The notes beneath the pieces are model-generated. The model saw only the letters and a list, made by a program, of their open reading frames with translations. It was not told the origin of the DNA and did no database searches. This document shows positions 59,000-64,000 of a DNA stretch of 64,000 bases, piece by piece (the first letter of the stretch is position 1; each line of letters starts with the position of its first letter). The DNA lies in NCBI GenBank assembly GCA_963666735.1, contig OY762926.1, forward strand, positions 1,408,001-1,472,000, written 5' to 3'. Source of the DNA: Gemmatimonadota bacterium (GTDB lineage Bacteria > Gemmatimonadota > Gemmatimonadetes > Palauibacterales > Palauibacteraceae). Position numbers and translations under genes: made by a program.

Positions 59000-59596
59000 C
59001 TAAACGGCTTGGGCGATCGCCCCCAGTGCACGCTGGCGCTGCCTGGCGCGATCGTCGAGCACATCTTCCTTCGCTGCCATGATCGCGCCACGAACCAAAT
59101 CACTCCTGGTGGCGCCCTCCGTAGCGACGGTGACCTCGCGCAACCAGACCAGAAGCTCCGGCTGAACTCTCAAGCGTAGATTCTTCCGGCACCTTCCCGT
59201 CGCCAACCGGCTCTTGGAGAGTGCACTCAGCCGGCGAGCCATATCGGCGTCGGAGGAGGCCAAGGTCAAGTAGTATCGAATAACCGCGGAAGCGAACTGT
59301 TTGGGCGCCGCGTGATAGTGGTCGGCAACGAGGTGAAGCACGTCGTCGAGTTCCCGAGGCATCCGGACGCTCATCGCCTTCTCCTTCGTCGCGTCCCTCG
59401 CCGCTTTCAGTTTTGGCGTCGACTGGGCGGGCACCGTCAGAACTTCTCCGGTTTCGGCGTCCACGCCCACAAGAACGTTCCTGACCGTGGCATTCGACTT
59501 CTCGAGTTCGACCGTTCGGTACTCGTAAACGACTTCGACGCGCCCGCGTTCGGGTGCCAACGCGTACCCGCGATCTCCTTCCCGCAAGATCTTCAT
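59000..59596 (-). CDS. Putative antitoxin/DNA-binding protein: MqsA/YgiT-like N-domain (Cys-less) + two RHH-like modules
   Basis: YEYRTVEL…VRNVLVGVDAETGEVLTVP; MSVRMPRELDDVL and LRLRVQPELLVWL…TRSDLVRGAI. Confidence 0.5.
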   Translation of the reverse strand: MKILREGDRGYALAPERGRVEVVYEYRTVELEKSNATVRNVLVGVDAETGEVLTVPAQSTPKLKAARDATKEKAMSVRMPRELDDVLHLVADHYHAAPKQFASAVIRYYLTLASSDADMARRLSALSKSRLATGRCRKNLRLRVQPELLVWLREVTVATEGATRSDLVRGAIMAAKEDVLDDRARQRQRALGAIAQAV

Positions 59597-59703
59597 CTCA
59601 ACTCTCTGTTCGATGAACGCTTATGAACATCGCCTTCCGGTCGTCCCGGCTGGACTCAAGGGAAGCTACAGCGCCGCATGATACCGTGAAACGAACATTC
59701 GCC

Positions 59704-59739
59704 TTGCCGTACGATCATGGTAGTACTATCATGATAGTA
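59704..59739 (+). promoter_or_regulatory. blaI promoter with tandem palindromic operators
   Basis: TTGCCG-N17-TATCAT; TACGATCATGGTAGTA (59710-25) and perfect TACTATCATGATAGTA (59724-39). Confidence 0.75.
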
Positions 59740-59854
59740 TCATTCACGCGAAGGGCAGCTGGGTCGTGAACGGGATCCAGTACGGCGGCGGTTCGCGACT
59801 GCACCGCCTCCGGGTTCGAGGTCTCACGACTCCGGAACCGACCAGGAGAGAGAA

Positions 59855-60268
59855 TTGAGACGCAGATCACTTAGCCGGCTGGGCGAAACGGAGATGGAGG
59901 TGCTGCAGCGGGTCTGGGCCATGGGCGAGGCGTCGGTGGCCGACGTGCACGACGGCATTCTCAACGCTCGCCCGGTCGCCTACACCACCGTGATGACCGT
60001 CATGAAGAAGCTGGCGCGGAAGGGCTTCCTGCACTGTGACTCCAGCGGTTCCCGCTACCTGTACACGCCCGCGCGTCCGCCTGCGCAGGTCAGGCAGGAA
60101 CTCGTTCAGGACCTCCTCGACCATGTATTCCACGGATCGGCCGCCGCCCTGGTTCAGACTCTGGTCCGGAGCGAGACGCTGTCGGCGGATGAGAGCGCGG
60201 AGATCAAGGCACTCCTGGTTCGCATGGAGGAGGAGGAGGAGGAGCACGAGGAGGACGAGGGTGCTTGA
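59855..60268 (+). CDS. BlaI/MecI/CopY family repressor
   Basis: LGETEMEVLQRVW, AYTTVMTVMKKLARKG, FHGSAAALVQTLV. Confidence 0.94.
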   Translation: MRRRSLSRLGETEMEVLQRVWAMGEASVADVHDGILNARPVAYTTVMTVMKKLARKGFLHCDSSGSRYLYTPARPPAQVRQELVQDLLDHVFHGSAAALVQTLVRSETLSADESAEIKALLVRMEEEEEEHEEDEGA

Positions 60269-61664
60269 GTTTATCGAAGGAATCGGACAGACGAGTCTCT
60301 GGCCGTTCTGGGTTCCCGTCATCGTCTGGACGGGATTGGCGGGGGCTGCGGCGCTCGCCCTCGGGCTGATGGGAGGACTGCACCCCATCACTGGATACCG
60401 GCTGCACCAGGCGCTCCTGCTGGCCTTGCCGGCGTCGGTGGTGGCGGCTCCATGGGTGCCCGGGTTGTGGCCGCGCGCGGCTGTTCCCAGCCGCCTGTTT
60501 CCGTCGGTACCCGGTGCCGAGGCGACGTCACCCCTGCCTCACGCGGTTCCTCTCGCGCCGAATCCCGGCGCCGGAGTGGACATCGCATGGACGCTGCTGG
60601 GGGCGCTGACCCTCGTGGTTCTGCTGCTGGCGGTCGTCCGCCTCGCTGTGCTGGCGCGCGACCTCCGGCAGCTTCGCCGACTTGGCCTCGCGGCCCCGCG
60701 CATCGACGAATCGGCACCGCGCCGCGCGTTGGAGAAACTGGCCCGGCAACTCGGCGTGCGGCGATCGGTCGTACTGCTGGAGGGACCGCCGGGCAGCGCC
60801 CCCATGACTTTCGGGGTGTGGCGACCCGTCGTCGTTCTGCCGCGCGCCCAGCTGGATGCCCCCGACTCGCTTGCAACGGCGCTCGCGCACGAACTCACTC
60901 ACATCCGCCGGGCCGACTCCCTCTCGGCCCTGCTCGACTGCCTCACATCGGCCGCCTTCGGGTTTCACCCTCTGGTCCGACTGCTGCGGCGGAGAATCGA
61001 GCGCTGCCGGGAGACGTCCTGCGACGCCGAGTTGCTGGCACAGGGCCTCGTCCGTCCAGCTGCGTACGCCGAACTGCTGGCGCACACCCACACGCCCCAG
61101 CAATTCCCGCTACCCGCGATCGCCGCCAGCCTCTCGGCACCGTCCCTCACACTCAAGGAAAGGTTGGAAACCATGAAACGCTTCGCAGACACCCGTTTGA
61201 CGTTCCGGCGGCGCATCGGCCTCGTCGTTGGCACCGGGCTCCTCTTCCTTGTCAGCGCGACGGTAGGTGCGTGCGCGGCGGACACCGCGGGCGACGCCTC
61301 CGCCCAGGACGATGCTCTGGCCCAGCTATCCGAACTCGAATTCGATGAGACTGCGCCGCAACGCTACGTGATACCGCTGGAGATCGGCCCCGGGGGGTCG
61401 GTGCAGCGCATGTCCGAGGAGAGAGTGCAGGAGGAACTGGCGCGACTCGAAATACAGGTTCAGTACCTCCAGGGGCGGATGGAAGAGATCTGGGAGACGA
61501 TGGCCCAACTCGATACGACGGATCTGCACTCTTACAGGATGGAAGAGCTGTACCTCTCTGAACGAATCGGGCTGCTGCGAGAGATGCACAACGAGGCTGT
61601 GAAGAGGTCCGAACTCGTCAAGCTGGCATACGAAACGGAGAACAGACTCCAGGGTCGGCCGTGA
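60261..61664 (+). CDS. BlaR1-like M56 family metallopeptidase with non-PBP C-terminal domain
   Basis: TM helices, PMTFG, AHELTH, FHPLV, ETSCD, LKERL; overlaps the blaI end. Confidence 0.88.
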   Translation: MLEFIEGIGQTSLWPFWVPVIVWTGLAGAAALALGLMGGLHPITGYRLHQALLLALPASVVAAPWVPGLWPRAAVPSRLFPSVPGAEATSPLPHAVPLAPNPGAGVDIAWTLLGALTLVVLLLAVVRLAVLARDLRQLRRLGLAAPRIDESAPRRALEKLARQLGVRRSVVLLEGPPGSAPMTFGVWRPVVVLPRAQLDAPDSLATALAHELTHIRRADSLSALLDCLTSAAFGFHPLVRLLRRRIERCRETSCDAELLAQGLVRPAAYAELLAHTHTPQQFPLPAIAASLSAPSLTLKERLETMKRFADTRLTFRRRIGLVVGTGLLFLVSATVGACAADTAGDASAQDDALAQLSELEFDETAPQRYVIPLEIGPGGSVQRMSEERVQEELARLEIQVQYLQGRMEEIWETMAQLDTTDLHSYRMEELYLSERIGLLREMHNEAVKRSELVKLAYETENRLQGRP

Positions 61665-62731
61665 ACGACCTGTGGCACGGGTTCGCGGTCGCCCTCGCCC
61701 TTCTCGTCCACTCCGCCTGCGGCGTTCCCGAAGGCGATCTTCCTCCCCCCGGCCCTTCGCTCGGCGACTGGACTGAGGCCGTGCGCATCGGTCGGCTCGA
61801 GGGGCCGGACGAGGAGGTGTTCGGGAACATCCGGTCGGCGGCGCTGCTCGAGAGGGGCGGCGTGGTGATCCTCGACGACCAGGGCGCCCGCGCGATCGGC
61901 TTTGACGAGCAGGGCACCCACGCCTTCACACTCGGGCGCAGAGGCGAGGGGCCCGGCGAGTTCGTCGACCCGTCCGCGCTCTTCCGCGTCTCCGACGACA
62001 CGCTGGCGTTCCTGAATCGGAGCGCCCGCACTCTGCAGCTGTTCGCCCGAGGACCTCCCGCGGGCACCTTCGCCGAGGTCGGGCGACACGAACTGCCCTT
62101 CTGGCCATCGTCCGGCTGTTCGATGCATGGACGGATCTTCATCCTCGGCGGCTACGAGGATCTGGCCGTGCACGAGGTCGACCGCGCGGGCGTACTTCTG
62201 AACTCCTTCCCGGCGAGCGACTATGCCGACGAAGCGGTCGAGGGCGCTGCCGAGGCCATCGCGTGGGACCTGCGCGACCAGGCCCGGAGCGGACTCCTGG
62301 TTTGCTCGGAGGCCTCGCGCCATGTGATTCATGTCCCCCGCTACCTCGGCTGGGGGCGCGCGTACACGGCTGCGGGCGACCTGGCCTGGCATTCGTCTTT
62401 CCCGGATTTCGTGAAGAGGATGGTCGTCCCGGCGGCCGGCGGCGCCGCCGTCAAGTACGAGTTCGACCCGGACTTCAAGTTCAGCCACGCCGTGGTCGGG
62501 GCGGCCCCTGTGGCGGACACTCACCTGGTGCTGTCGATGGCCGTTTCCGTCCCCCGAGGTCAGGAGCCGGAGGTGGAAGGCCTGCTCGCGCTGCTTGATC
62601 TCGCCACGGGCGCACAAACGCGGCGCGACGAGACCGGCGCCGTCGTGATGTCGGGACTTGGAGATCGCCTCGCCGTGGTGTACCGGGAGCCGTTTCCCAC
62701 GCTGGCGGTCCTCCAGCGGGGGCAGCAGTGA
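61661..62731 (+). CDS. 6-bladed beta-propeller-like lipoprotein
   Basis: Lipobox HSAC; IGRLEG…FGNI; LGRRGEGPGEF; GTGA overlap with the M56 gene. Confidence 0.7.
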   Translation: MNDLWHGFAVALALLVHSACGVPEGDLPPPGPSLGDWTEAVRIGRLEGPDEEVFGNIRSAALLERGGVVILDDQGARAIGFDEQGTHAFTLGRRGEGPGEFVDPSALFRVSDDTLAFLNRSARTLQLFARGPPAGTFAEVGRHELPFWPSSGCSMHGRIFILGGYEDLAVHEVDRAGVLLNSFPASDYADEAVEGAAEAIAWDLRDQARSGLLVCSEASRHVIHVPRYLGWGRAYTAAGDLAWHSSFPDFVKRMVVPAAGGAAVKYEFDPDFKFSHAVVGAAPVADTHLVLSMAVSVPRGQEPEVEGLLALLDLATGAQTRRDETGAVVMSGLGDRLAVVYREPFPTLAVLQRGQQ

Positions 62732-62741
62732 GGCGCGCCGG

Positions 62742-63986
62742 CTAGCCGGCGGTCGGCCTGAGGAGGAAGAGGCCCTCGCGACGGCTGGAGAGGAGGATCG
62801 TCCCGCTCTCGAAGAAGGGATAGATGCTCCAGGCGCCGCCGAACCCTCCTTCGTCACCCCGGGCCGGGGTCGTGTCGAAGCTGCCGGCCGCGACGGGGGT
62901 CTCGGGATCGGTGAGATCGAGTACGAGGAGACCCCCGAGGTTGTTCGCCATGTAGAGCCGGTCGCCGTGCACGTACAGGTTGTGAGTGGTAGCCTTCGCC
63001 GGACCGAAGTACTCGTTCATCAGCACGGGATCGTCGAGATCGCTGACGTCGAACACGAGGACGCGAGGTCCAGCCATCTCCCGGATGAATCCAGCGAGTT
63101 CGTCGTTACCGTAGAAGAAGCGGTGGTCCTCGCTGAACCACCCCTGATGCGCGTACCCGACGTTGGGGTAGGAGATATCCGACAGCGGGACTGGATTCGT
63201 CTTGTCCGTGACGTCGGCGAAGGAGAACGCGGTCTCGTTCCCGCCGGCGCAGATCTCCCGGCCCTGATGGTCCTCATCGGGACCCCGGTAGCTGACGCAC
63301 TGCGTGTCGTGGGTGTAGCCCGTGCCCCGGCGACCCGTGCCGTAGTGGGCGAAGCAGCCCGCGAAGGCGGGGTTCAGCGGATCGTTGATGTCGACGATGT
63401 GCGAACCCCCATCGCACGTCTCGCCCTCCCCCGCCGAACCGACCAGATAGGCGAAGCCGGTCTCCTCGTCGAGGGCGATATTGTGGCTCGACTCGACTCC
63501 GTCGTACGTCGTCGCCGGCGCGAACTCCCGCACTTCCTCCGCGTCCCGGAGCCGCGTCAGGTCAAAGACCTGCATGCCGTGGCGGACCGTCCCTCCCGCG
63601 ACGACGAACAGGTGGTCCCGGAACACCTTGACGTCCCGCCACCGGCTGGGTTCGCTGCCTTCGGTCGCGGGGAGGGCGCCCACATAGCGCGGCCGGAGCG
63701 GGTCGCTGACGTCGATGAACGCCGTCCCGTTCGTTCGTCCCACGATGGCGTATTCCTTCCCCGTCTCGGGATCGACCCACCCCCACACGTCGTTGAGCAG
63801 GGTGTCCCCACCGGCTTCGAGTTGCTCGGGCGTGACGACCGCAAGCAGATCCACGCGATCACACGGAAACCCGTCGGCCGTACCGCCTTCGCAGCGCACC
63901 TGCGCCAAGGCAGGCGCAACGGCGAGCGTCCACGCGCACGCGGCAACGGTGACACCACGAACCGGAGTGCGACCATCGCTCTTCAT
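62742..63986 (-). CDS. Choice-of-anchor B family secreted protein
   Basis: CEGG…FPCDRVDLL, NDVWGWVDPETGKEYA, WRDVK, HDTQCV, YAHQGW, GAWSIYPFF. Confidence 0.85.
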   Translation of the reverse strand: MKSDGRTPVRGVTVAACAWTLAVAPALAQVRCEGGTADGFPCDRVDLLAVVTPEQLEAGGDTLLNDVWGWVDPETGKEYAIVGRTNGTAFIDVSDPLRPRYVGALPATEGSEPSRWRDVKVFRDHLFVVAGGTVRHGMQVFDLTRLRDAEEVREFAPATTYDGVESSHNIALDEETGFAYLVGSAGEGETCDGGSHIVDINDPLNPAFAGCFAHYGTGRRGTGYTHDTQCVSYRGPDEDHQGREICAGGNETAFSFADVTDKTNPVPLSDISYPNVGYAHQGWFSEDHRFFYGNDELAGFIREMAGPRVLVFDVSDLDDPVLMNEYFGPAKATTHNLYVHGDRLYMANNLGGLLVLDLTDPETPVAAGSFDTTPARGDEGGFGGAWSIYPFFESGTILLSSRREGLFLLRPTAG

Positions 63987-64000
63987 TCTCTACACGACCC

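Noticed and set aside
59740..59850. tRNA-like element (GGTTCGAG plus hairpins) in the blaI leader
   Set aside because: No acceptor stem, D-arm or anticodon arm could be built; it is probably ordinary GC-rich leader structure.

Overview
This 64 kb window is very GC-rich, densely coded bacterial chromosome. Gene content and the many secreted beta-propeller, LVIVD, choice-of-anchor B and plug-domain proteins suggest Gemmatimonadota (inference only). About 60 CDSs are present. Housekeeping genes include purD, mutM, lepA, pyk, rpsU, ispG, class II RNR nrdJ, coaE, nrnA, cobB and speB. Larger modules are an ECF sigma/anti-sigma envelope module, Fe-S carriers, a murQ-anmK-nagZ-SSS peptidoglycan recycling operon, an amide/heterocycle catabolic run ending in an S-L-M molybdo-hydroxylase, and a BlaI/M56 module. 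No tRNA, rRNA, CRISPR array, IS or prophage was recognised. Most notable: (1) a tightly coupled ROK-PfkB-[STAS+HATPase]-[STAS+wHTH]-acylase operon that looks like an uncharacterised partner-switching system acting on a DNA-binding protein; (2) a MurQ-DinB fusion; (3) two orphan antitoxins, each preceded by a recognisable remnant of a destroyed toxin, one being a cysteine-less MqsA-like/double-RHH protein; (4) a speB gene that appears to need a CTG start; (5) readable operators (NrdR plus DnaA boxes at nrdJ, tandem BlaI palindromes, a LacI-type site). Start codons were chosen by eye, and family calls rest on motif recognition, not database searches.
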